A stretch of DNA of 64,000 nt, from positions 37,138,001 through 37,202,000 of the forward strand of contig JBITNC010000002.1 of NCBI GenBank assembly GCA_050084985.1. The letters run 5' to 3'. The stretch is from Nageia nagi (taxonomy: Eukaryota > Plantae > Pinophyta). Both the position numbers and the translations under genes were made by a program. Under the pieces are notes generated by a model. It made no database searches. It saw only the letters and a program-made list of their open reading frames with translations, and was not told the DNA's origin. Every line of letters starts with the position of its first letter. Within the stretch, counting starts at the first letter, position 1. Positions 25,851 to 38,200 of the stretch are shown here, in pieces.

Positions 25851-26899
25851 GACCACTTAGAAATGACGAGTGATGAAAGTGATGATGACATACCACTACA
25901 ACATCTCATGTAAAGAATGAAAAAAAAAAGAAAAAAGAAAAATGGATGAGAATGAACCAAGAATATCACAAGTAACAAACAAGATGAATAGAAGGAAGGG
26001 AGGAGACAAGAAGGATAAAGGTAAGAACTAATAGGAAGAAGAAGTAGTAGGGGAAATAGGGAACCATAATTATCAATCTCAAACAAAAATAGAGGAAAAT
26101 GATAAATCTAGTGTTGATGCAAATTTAGAAGGTCTAGATAAAGAGAAAGAATTGTTTATACAACCTATGAGGAATAACTCATAAGTCAAAATCTAGGCAT
26201 AATAATGAAAAATAATCATCATATTTTAGGATGCAAAAATAATTATTATTCAGACCATGCAAAGAAATTTTGAAGAAATAAAATGCAAGAATAAAAGAAA
26301 TAAAATAACCAAAAGTAAATTGGAGACCAAAACTGCAAGCCCTTAGAATCCTATAGAATCACAAACTCCACAATTAGATGTTGGTAGAGGTGATTTACTT
26401 AGAAGGTAGACCAAATGAATAATTTGAAGGTATTCCTTTATTGGTAAATCAATTGATATAATAATCAATCAAATAATGTTAATCTAATAGGAATAATATC
26501 TACCAAAAATTCTACAAGTTTCATTATAATGAATTAGCCTTCAAGACCAAAGAAGGAAAACCATCACTATACCCAAAATAGGATCCAATTATAGGGAATC
26601 AATTTAGTGAAATGATATATTTCAATCCCAAACTACTATTTAGTTAAATTTCATCATAAGGAATTGAATAGAAGAATTAATATCAATAATTTTTTAATAT
26701 CATGAAAAAATACTAATCTCAACTATTGTTGTGTTTTGTAGTATGCCACTACATTTTGATGTATGCATATATATTTTGCTACATTTTGTTGTATTTATAA
26801 TTTTGTATTGATCTATAATTTTTACGTTAATGCAATAAATAATAAATTCAGATACTTCAAACTCTTTTTATCTAATTACCATTTATAAAAAAAAAAATA

Positions 26900-27710
26900 T
26901 TTTGCATATTCTTGTCAAACAATCCAAGCTTATGATCTTCATATTTGCAAAAATTGGCCTTTCAAATCCATTTTGTGATGTGACCATTAGACCATGAATA
27001 TTTTGCATCTCATAATCAAAAATTCCATTCTTATGTATTTTCATTTTGATAATGTTGTCTTTTTCTAAAAAATTATTTATATGTATCTAAATATTCAAAT
27101 ATACAATTATGTTTGCATTATTCAACTTGTCAAACAATTCCTAGGCCTTACATATTCTTCCAAATTTGACAAACAAGTCTTGGGGCCTTTTTCGAAAAAC
27201 CTATTTTATGCATATCTTGCAATCATTGTAGACCATGAAACTATTTTTGCATCATTCATTTATCAAATAATTACCATGCCTTATGTATTATTCCCCTTTT
27301 TATATAATGTCTTAGGTCCTTTTTCAAAAACCATTTTGTGTGTATCTTGCATCATTGCATATCATGAAATTATGTTTGCATCATGCATCTTATCAAACAA
27401 TTCATAGGCCTTGTGTATTCTTCCACATTTCTCATACATGTCTTAGGGAATTTTTTAGAAAATTAATTTTATGTATGTTCTACAATCATTGTAGACCATA
27501 AAATTGTGTTTGCATCATGCTTTTTATCAAACAATTATTAGGCCTCGTGTATTCTTCCACATTTTGCATACATGCCTTAGCACCTTTCTTAGAAAACTCA
27601 TTTTGTCTATATATTATAGTCATTGTAAACCATAAAATTATACTTGAATCATGCATCTTATCAAATAATTCTCAAGCCTTGTGTATTCTTTCATATTTTG
27701 TATTCATTTC
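26900..27710. repeat. Degenerate tandem repeat, ~135-bp unit, ~6 copies
   Basis: TTATCAAACAATTC..AGGCCTTGTGTATTCTTCC and ATCATTGTAGACCATGAAA recur at ~130-140-bp spacing. Confidence 0.75.
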
Positions 27711-27829
27711 TATCGAGAATTTGAGCTTCTTGAGTTTATGGAGGTGAGGGGGTATAAGAGAGGAGAGGTTGGAATATGCATTTTGATTTTTTTGATTTTA
27801 TAAAATACAAAATTCATAATAAATATTTA

Positions 27830-28220
27830 AAATAAGAACATATGATGGAGCATACTTAAGCTCCAAAAATGAAAAAATATTATTTCCATAAATTCCCTTA
27901 TTCCTACATTCTTATGTGATCTACAAGCACCAAGCAGACACATCCACACATCCAATTTAGGTTTTGTGGAAATCTTGGTAATGAATTTCAAAGATTCCTC
28001 AAGATAGTTTGCACAACCAATAAGGTTATCAATGCATATATAATGATTCATCCTAGGAATAATGCAATAAGAGTCACTCATGATATTAAAGTATTTGCAA
28101 CCCTCATCAAGTAGACTTGCATGGAAGTATACAAGTAGAACATAAAAATGATGTTAAGGTTGGTTTCCAAGTGCTTCATCAAATCAAAGAGTTTAAGGGC
28201 ATCCTTGTTGTGGCCATCAA
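27830..28220 (-). pseudogene. PLS-class PPR gene fragment (C-terminal PPR motifs into the E domain)
   Basis: DGHNKDALKLFDLMKH...HASLLDEGCKYFNIMSDSYCIIPRMNHYICIDNLIGCANYLEESLKFITKISTKPKLDVWMCLLGACRSH; frameshifted and truncated at both ends. Confidence 0.88.
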
Positions 28221-28599
28221 TAATATTTCCTATTTGTACAAATATTTATCAACAACATTTTTTAAAAAATGAAATGAAATTAAATCAATAACTTTTATAG
28301 AAGGGAACTCTTATGTGGATAAATTAAAAAAGATTGCTACAAATAAAGTTCAAAAGAAGAATAAAAATATGAATAAAGAGTTTAAAAAGAGGGAGAATCC
28401 ATATTATACTTATTTCTATCAAAATTATTGATCCAACTTCTATATATGTGCATATCCATTCTTTTTATAAACACTTCAAGGCCTCCAAACCATACCCATT
28501 CTATACATATCCTATGATCATTGCCATCAACTATATTCAATATTATGGGTATTGAAGCTAAAACATTTTAAACAACAATATTTCATATTCATGGGCATA

Positions 28600-28880
28600 T
28601 GATGTTTATAAAATATTACATTGGTATGTTTCATCTTCATGGTTATCTAGTTGAGAGAATATTACATTGGCATGTCCCATTTTCATGTTCATGTTCTATC
28701 TTCATTGGTATGTTCCATCTTCATATTCATGATCTATCTACATTGGCATGCTCCATATTATGTTCATGTTCCATATGCATCAACATGTTCCATATTATGT
28801 TCATGATCCATATGCATTGGCATATCATGTTGAGAAAATATCACATTGGTATTTTCTATCTTCATGTTCATGTTCAATTT
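28600..28880. repeat. Degenerate short tandem repeat (CATTGGCATGTTCCATATTATGTTCATG-like)
   Basis: Recurring CATTGG(C/T)ATG and ATGTTCATG units; these explain the His/Met-rich ORF 28599-28955. Confidence 0.65.
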
Positions 28881-29584
28881 TCGTACCCTTATATGTATCT
28901 TACATGCATTTGGACCCATTATTTTGAGACATATTTTGGGCTCCTTTTTCTATAATCATATGATTTTTAGAAAGTTGATATATTAAAATCTAAATTGTGA
29001 TATTATTCATCTCCTTTGGTTCAATGATGATCTAATTATATAATCATGAAAAAGGCCATTTTTTACTTTTTAACATATTTATTACAATGGTCACATCATC
29101 TTTTGGTCCATATTTTTTGACATGAATATTATGCAATGTAGATAAAACATGAACACAAAGATAAGCACAATAAGATACAAATATGATGTTCAATTATACT
29201 AAGTACATAAGTATATTTTTTCTATGCATGCTTTCACATATTATTTTGTTAAATAATTCCCAATCCTTATATATTATTTCATATTTTGCATACATATCTA
29301 TTAAGTCCTTATGTATTTTATCTATTTTATAATAGTAGTCATTTTTTAAAAGTTTATACTTATAATCATACCATTGTTTCTTATAATCTACACATGCATA
29401 AATGAATTTGGTACGATGGAAGATATGCTAGAGGCTTATCTCCAAGAGTTGCACTAGAGGCAAGAGGATATTCTAGATAAACACAATGAAGGATTCATTT
29501 ACCATATGCTTTTGCATCTAATGGAACTCCTAATTTGAAGTGAGTAGAGGAGAGGAGAGGATTTTTGCCTAGTGTTATTAAACT

Positions 29585-29729
29585 ATTTACAAGTAAGGAC
29601 ACATAGGAAGGTTATATTGTAAGCATTTGTTCCTAAATATTTCATCATATCAAAGAGTTTAAGGGAATATTTATTATAGTTATAAATTGCATATCCTCCA
29701 ATAATTGCATTACATAAAACTCTATCTTG
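29585..29729 (-). pseudogene. Second PLS-PPR fragment
   Basis: QDRVLCNAIIGGYAIYNYNKYSLKLFDMMKYLGTNAYNITFLCVLTC*, matching the SWNAMIAGYAMHG..ALKLF..M....P..ITF.CVL.AC PPR pattern. Confidence 0.8.
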
Positions 29730-31326
29730 GAATTCAGGTGGTCACTCAAAAAGCTTGAAATACCACTCACCTCTACAAACTTGAAATACCCATTTCAACC
29801 TCTCCTCTACCCCTTCCCCTTTGCAAACTCAAAAAACTTAAAATGTTTAATAACTTCCTAAGTGCCTAATGAATTATTATACATGCATTATTGATCATCT
29901 TGGTCATCCAAGCTATGGGCATTTTGGTAATGAATTTCAATATGGTGCACTTAGATCATTTGATATCATATGTTGATGCATTTAAATCATTTCATATCAT
30001 ATGGTGTACTTGGATCATTCCATATCCATGGAATGGGCCACTATAGAGGCTTTATTAAGCATTCCTTTGAGTTCCATTAGTTTTGGACTAAGATGAGTAA
30101 GTGAGAGACTGAATAATGACTAATCAATTCCACTAGGCAATCCTTTGGGAGCCCATGGCTAGCATTATGATTGAGCTCAAGTGCCTAGGGTAACCAAGGA
30201 AGGCATAGTCTAGATACATTCTTCCATCATATTTTCTATAGAAAACATGATGGAATATGCTCCCAAACTACGTCTAATTTTTTAAAATTCATTATTAAAA
30301 GGTAATTTAAATTACCCCATTAAACTATATAGGTGTGGTTATAAATTTCCCCTTTACACACTACTATGATGGTTTATGTAACTATAATTCAGTGCATATA
30401 ACTGCTATCATAGAAAATAGACTTTTAGTGATGCAGGTTTAGATGATGAGCAGATAACCATTGGTAAAAGACATTAGTTGGGGTTTAAAACCACTTTTGA
30501 ATTCTTTTTTTGGTTTATTAATAGCTTTATTTGATAGATGTGCTTCCACTGTTCTTTTATTTGTTCCAGTCTGAAATTCTTCTTCTTAAATATGTACCAT
30601 CTACAAAGGCTAAGATTTGTCATCAATTTGGACCTCTTAATATAATAGCCTTGAGTTTGAAATCCTTATAAAAAAATTGTGTTATATTTAAAATCTTCCT
30701 CGATGTCTTCATGATAAGACTCTTCACTAAGAGAATCATCTTTCTTTTCTTAAATGAGTTGAGACTTCTCTCTTCAATATTTTTCCTACAATATTTCACT
30801 TTGTCTAGATGGAAGAACAATATTAATTACCTTTTTCTTTTTCCTTTTTTCTTTTATATGGTGGATAAGAAGGGTTGTACTCATTTCTACTCTTTTCATA
30901 AAATATATTTGCATTTTTATCAATATGGACATAATAGAGTCTTGTAATATATAAAGTAAAGATATTTTCAAAATTTTAATTTCAACAAACTTAGAATTTG
31001 CAAAATTTGAATAAGTTGGGTTCACCAATTTAAAAATATTTAAAAATGATCCTATAAACCAAATTATTTTAATTGTCTAACAAGCATTAATATAAAATAA
31101 GAATAATAATTAGATATAGTAATAAACTATAATAATGAAAGATATAATCTATATAAAATAGAATCGTAATTATTTAGCCAAATCTATAACTAGCAAGATG
31201 AGATCAAAGATACAATACCTATCATTAATTGGAGTATCAATTAAGTACATTAATATGAACTTGTCATAATATCCTAACCTTATGTATAAATTTTGAGGAT
31301 AATAGGTCTCAAAAATTTAGTGCTAA

Positions 31327-31775
31327 TGTTAGGACCTAGGATGAGCACCCATGCTAGAAAAACTAAAAGATAAGCCTCGCAATGAAATTCAATCATAAAA
31401 TTCCTAAGAAACGAGTCTAAACTAGCAAACAATGACAAAATAATGGAAGATAAGAGCTCTTGTGATAGCAAAATCATAGATATTAATAGGTGGTTCTTTT
31501 AAACATCAATAATCAAAGTATGCATGAACTATCAAGACCAAAATTTGATAATCATCCCATATGTACGTTCCCTCCTTATATAAGTAGTTCTCCTTAGACA
31601 AAGCTAGCTTTCTTAGTTGTCACCTAGATCCTTGCACCACAAAAGAAGGAAATAATATGAGATAATGTATATGTTAACATAGCAAGATAATATATCATGT
31701 ATTATATGTTAACATATTATTATTCATAGTAAGATAACTAGCATATAAAAATGGTGTCCATTTTAGGTGTCAACA
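31327..31775 (-). mobile_element. Probable solo LTR (~450 bp)
   Basis: Minus strand begins TGTTGACACCTAAAATGG and ends CCTAACA; minus-strand TATA context CTACTTATATAAGGAGGG. TSD not matched. Confidence 0.4.
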
Positions 31776-32277
31776 TTAATATTAGAATCATCAAAGGATG
31801 CCATAGTTTTGACTTCAATTTTTTCTAAGCAAAAAATAGTAGTGCCTTCAATCCTATGTAAATTTTTAGAATCATCATTGGCACTATGCAAGTTTGCAAG
31901 ACTTGTGCAAGTTTTTAATATCAACATAGATCCCATTTTTTAAGATTTTTTAGTTTAATTTAGTTTTTGGTGGTGCCATCTAGCTTTAGGATGCCTCTTG
32001 GAAGTTAATATTTTAACTTTATCAAAATTTAAGGTAGAAAGGAGGTAATTTCAATAATTAAAAGTGATAATAAATCAAGAAATAATTAATATAATCCAAA
32101 TCATATTAAATTCCATTAACATAGAGAAAATTTAAGAAAAGTAGCTCAAAACCAAAATCTTGGGCATGATCCTAAGGTAAGAAATATCATAATTTCTAGA
32201 TTCATTTGTGATCCCCTTAAGGGATGTCCAGTTGTGTGTAATCACAAGGTGATATCTAGAATCACCCATGCGACATC

Positions 32278-35200
32278 TGTTAAGACCCAATTTTTACACC
32301 TTAAAAATCAACTCTGAACTTAACTTTAATCCCAATAAACACATATGAAATGAGCATATTTTTTTAACCAATATAAAAATACACATGAACATTCAATAAT
32401 GAAAGTTTAGAATCAACTTGTGAACCATGTGATTGAGATCACATAATGGTTCCAAGTATCATCATTATTGAGTTGTGATCTCATCATTAGATGATAACAA
32501 CATTTATCTCTTGATATTTAACCTTCTCATTAAATATCCTAAATGGCTTACCTAGAATGTTCATCTTAGGAGATAATAGCCTTCTCACCTTATCAACCTA
32601 TCTTGAAGCATTTTATCTTGTTAATGGTATCTTAACGTATTTGTATCATATCCATCATCAAGTTTACCAATTTAAGTACTTCTGGATCCTTCATGACCAA
32701 TCTTGAGAATTCCTCAATAATCCTTATTATCATCTTGAATTCATGTGTGCTTAGAACTCCTTGAATTATGATTATTTGATAATTCCTTATTCTATTGAGA
32801 TCTCCTTGAATCATCCTAACTTGATAATTCCTTGATCTCCTTGAGATTTTCTCAAATTATCCTAGCTCGATAATTTCTTAATCTCATAAAAGTGTGCTCA
32901 AGACTTACCTAGGATTTATCTAGGTTTTCAACTTTATTTCCCAGAATTCTACATACTAGTTAATAATTACTACATCTCACACCTATTTCTATTTTTGCTT
33001 TTCCGAACATGCTAACTCTTACTTAATCAAATTAGGACATAAACTAGGTTATCTTTTCACAAATATACAAGAATACCATAAGATATTCATAACTCTTTTC
33101 ATTAGAAATATTATTACTACTACTCAAGCAATAACATTTCTACACAATAAGTCTAACAACATAGAAGAGAATACAATAATAATTATAAAATCATTTAATA
33201 TAGATTCCTTAGATACTATCTCATAACATCATTCTACCATTCAATTCCAAACATGAATACAACTTTGCAATAATTCTTATTCTGACAACATTGAGAATAT
33301 TCATTCAAAATGAAGCATGAAATTATCATATTTAACTCATCAATATAAATAATGTTTTTTAGAAATGTTACAAGAGCATCATAAAATATTGTCATAGTCC
33401 ATCACATTACCTTCTTACAATGAAACATAAACATTACTTCATAATATTTTTGTGACTAACATTGTACATCATTACAAAGTTATAACAGTGTCTTCATCTT
33501 AAGACCTAATATTTCATTTGATATTCCATCTCAAATTTATCTTGTAATCATTAATCAATTTACCATATTCTCAAATATGAATCATGTTTTTACATGGTAA
33601 CTCGTGGGTATGATAAGATCATAATAACTTTTCCCTAATGCATTCTATTCATGCATACACTTAAAAATATGTTCATATGCATAAGGCAAACCAATTTCTA
33701 GATACATTTTACCATCTAGGTCAAACAAGGAAAAGAAAACATAATTCCATCACATGAAATTTTCTTTAATATTTTCCACATGCATAGGATTTACAAATAG
33801 CATCTTCTATTTTACACAACTATATATTGAAATATTAATCTAGGAGAGGAATATAATTTCAACTTCCAATGTATTCAATCACTTTCATACATAATACAAG
33901 AAACTAAAAACATCACATGAATTTCTCACACTATTATTTTCATAGCATTTGCATTTTCTAGTAACTTTAGAATTCATGCAATCCATATAAATCTAAATTC
34001 TTAAGGCATACACAATTTGTATCTTAAAAGAGAGCATGCACATACACAATTCATTTATCCTTCACTTAAGTAACAATTCCATTTATGTGCATAAAAACTC
34101 CTAGACTTAAGATTCAACACAACCAAGTCTAGATTTCATCCTAAGAAAATAATTCAATTTCATTTCATGCCTTCCTAGGCTTATTAGTTCTTGTACTTAC
34201 TATTCCCTAACACCTTAGAAAATATCCTTTCATGTTCAAGAAGTATACTTACATCTTAATTCTCATATAAGATGAGTTTTCAATTAATTACAACTAGGTT
34301 TAATTCACACACTGAACCCTAGTTCCCATAATAAATCTCAAAACATGTCAAATGATTAAACTTATTTTCTAAATAGTTTCATACATCATTTCCACCTAAT
34401 ATTTTTTCATACACATACCTCTAGGATCATACACACATTTTAGATCTTATTTATTCCAAATATCCTAGATTTTTAACTCCCCTCATTAAAATCTAGATTC
34501 AATTCAAGAAAGCATTCCTTGTTCATCCCATGAACTCATATGCTTAATGGTTTATTATTTTTTTTATGATTATAATGATATTCATCTTGATTGCATTTTT
34601 ACAATAATTTCTTATAACATAAAACCCCAATATTTCATGTATATCATAGTTCCTATACATATTTTAAGCTTATTCATTTCCTAGGATTATACCTCAAAAA
34701 TAATTAAGTTTTATTTAATAATCCCTTCTATTACTTATTCACAATTTCCTCTAGGTTTTAATCTACTTGATTAAAACAAACAAGTTTATATTATGAAATT
34801 TATCAAATAATTTCAAGGATCAAAGATTACAATCTAGAAACAAAGGGTCACATTAAAATGATTTATTCTAATTCTTTTATCCATAATCTATTGAATATTT
34901 TCTAGGTTTTAAGGATCTACCCTTCCATGAACTAGACCCTTAAAATTTTAGCCAAATTGGATATTTTATGATGAAAATACTATCAACACTTTTTCCAAAA
35001 TTTAATCAGAGAAGATTTATAGTTATATCCAAATGAATTGGTTCTCTCTTATGTACACATTCTGCTAAACAAATTCTAGATTTTGTAGTAGAACTATATT
35101 TCTACGAGCTACCCTCCAAATTTTAGCCAAAATGGACATTGTATGAGGGAGATATAATGAAAATACAAATAATACTTTATCTAGAGTTCAATGGATCAAA

Positions 35201-38200
35201 CCCTAACAAGATAGATCAAACTATACAAAGGTTTTCTTATAATTTCTAGAAAGGATTCAAGCTTCATTATTCCAATTTCTAAAATTGAAATCAAACCCTA
35301 TCAATTCAAGCAAATTCTATCAAAAATTCAAGGCAATCATGCATAGCATTCTTTTTCTTAATTTTCTACATAAACCATAGTTTTCTCTTCACCCAAAAGA
35401 AAAACATAAGATTTCATTTCTTATAAATCTAGCTATGAAAATTGGAATGGGATGATCTAATAGAATTCCATCAATCCAATCAAACCTATGGAGAGAATAA
35501 AGATTCTTCAATGCTAGAAACTCATGCTTTCAATGTAAAAACTACGAACCCTAGCAAACTTCCTTCTCTTCTCAATGGTAGAGCTCCTATCTTAGCAACA
35601 TAACTTTATCATTCTAAAAGATTGATTTAGAACTACCCCTAGCCTTGTATTTATAGAATTATAAGGAATTAGGGTTTTCATTTTTTATTATTATTTTCTC
35701 TCCTAACAGATAAGTATGATGACACATCCTCATCTTATCTTATCTTATTTTATCTTTATTAATACTTAATTAATTGTTAAGTACCCTATAATAATAACGA
35801 TGATAATAATTTATCATCACTTATTTTATATTATGATTTTGTATTATTTTGTTTATTTAAAATAATACAAAGGTATTATCTCCTTCAAAATTAATTATCA
35901 ATTTCACTTAATTTATTTCAAAGATCAAATAAAAATAATAAATAATAAATATTCATCTTTTCACAACTTTTCTAATTTATTTAAAAACTAACTTTAGCAT
36001 ACAATTTATTTTTACCTAGGTTGGAGACTTATTACCTAACCATACTGATAATTTACATCAAGGGCTCATTGTTAGTCTTTTATGAACCTTGCAAATAAGT
36101 CATAAGAAATAGACATCTAGATAATAAACACAACTTGTTAGAGTATTATTTTATTATATTACCTTTTTAGGTATCTAGCTTAAGTTCACTAGTGAGGGTG
36201 AGCTTAGTTGTCATTTTTATTGGGTTGTTATGATCCAATGGTCTAGATTACTTTAATCTTGTGGCTATCATTTCATTCCATGCTTATTTAAGCATACCCT
36301 TGCATTCATTTGTAATATAGAATGCAAGTATTATTTTTTCATCTTGGGCTTTCTTGATTTTCTTTGTAGCTTTGGATATTGGGTTGAGGATAGTATTTTT
36401 TCTTTCTACTCTTTCTTAGTATCAGAGCATCTTTGTTGAAGAGGTTTCATCCTCAAATCCCTAGCTTGCATAGGTGGAGAGAAAGGTATTCTTTTATGCC
36501 TCACAGACCCTCTGAGTCTATTTTTTCAATACAAGGTCTTAAACCCCTTGAGGGTTTAGTTCTCTTCATCATCTCATGTCATTAAGGTAATAATTGATCT
36601 ACATACACTTGGTGACCTTATGACCATATCTACTCTTAGTCTCTCAGCTTGAGAGTTTTATTAGATGGCATTTTCAATTATGCACATTTTCTTTTTGGAT
36701 TTGTAAGTTTTTTTTCATAGTTATAGGTACTGCAATGTGTTGTGGTATTTTTCTCAAGGCGATAATGAATTCCACCAGCTTGCAAAGGCATTCTAGCTCC
36801 TCACCATGCCTTTGCATCTCCCATAGCTATGTTACAGAGTCCTCCATATCCTTGCATGGTGAGATCATGTTGGCATCATTCATAACTCACATTGGCTTCT
36901 CCCATTTGTGCATCACTTGTCTCCCACAATGAACTCCTCGCATGGAGTGATCTCCCGTCGTGTCCCATTTATCTAGCAACCTATGTTAACAATTCTACAA
37001 GGTTTGATCTTAGTGCTTACATGCCACCTCCTTGCAATCTGATGGACTATGCATTTATCTTCAAGCATTCACACATATCAATTCGATTGTGTATGTCCAT
37101 GATCAAAGTTATCTTCAATCCTTTGTGCATGATCTCACAGCTTCTCAATGATGATATCATGCCCTAACCGTTGACCTCTCTATGTGGCCTCACTTCTTCT
37201 TCGAGGACTTCTAGCTTGGCATTTGTCCAACACATCATTCTCTAGGTCAAATTTAACCCTATTTAGGGTTTGGTGAAATATTTGGCTACCCCATTTATTT
37301 TACTATTGACTTCATAAACATTTTCCCATTTTGGAAATATTTATCAAATTATAAAGTCTTTGGGTTTATTAATACTTTAGCATTTTATTTTCCAAGTGGG
37401 ATTAAATTTAATTTCTTTCAAAATTATAAAGTTTTGGAGATATAAAATTGGAGCTTGAATCTCTTTCGAAATGCCCATTTTAAGTACTTCTAGAAAAAGG
37501 GCTTAAATTTGATTTTTAGAGGTATAGGCAATTAATTCCATATAATCCACATATGGACTCCATTTTTAGCATCATTTTTTTATGTTGGAATCATGACTCT
37601 GCCCTTTTATCATGGATCAGTTGTTTTTTTACATTATTAGCTTGTAATTTTTCAATAAAATCTTTTTTATGAGGGGAAGTGTGTAGGTGCTGATTTATGA
37701 GAACCCTTTTATGGTTGGGTTATTTTTGATATTTTTTGAGATGGAATCTACTTCAACATTTAAACTAAAACCAATCACACCACACAAACACATGGAAGCC
37801 TTGAGTATTGACCTTGCTTGCTCAAAGGGGCTTAAACACACTCATAAAGGAGCAAAAGATTAACTTTAAGATAAGCTATGAATTTTTTCATTAACAAAAT
37901 CAATGGGTGAAGCATTTGGCATCATTAAATCCAATGTTAGTGAGAATTTATAGTTTAATCTTGATAATATAAACATACCACATGAAGCGTGAGAGAAACT
38001 TAAGTCACTATTTGATAAAGATAACACAATGAAAGCAATGTAAATTGAGGCACATATCACATCTTTGTCACCTAATGACTTTCCTACCATGCTAGACTAT
38101 CTCACTAAATTCAAGGAGTTGTACACATAATTGAAGGGTAGTGGTAAAAAGAAGAAAGAGGATGAATATATCTTTTTTATCTTGTCCAAGTTAACATGAT

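Larger units (their letters stand above)
23412..30520. mobile_element. Decayed non-autonomous CACTA-like element (~7.1 kb) with captured fragments (Pack-CACTA-like)
   Basis: Left end CATTATACCAAAAATGGGATTTA resembles CACTACACCAAAA after C>T decay. Right end 30498-30520 matches its reverse complement at 16/23. The same 3-bp flank ATA lies on both sides. Palindromic subterminal repeats (GGTTTTAAACC / GGTAATTTAAATTACC type) cluster at both ends. Confidence 0.55.

Noticed and set aside
30560-31030. Possible CACTA/Helitron transposase fragment
   Set aside because: Only vague motif resemblance; no diagnostic residues could be aligned.
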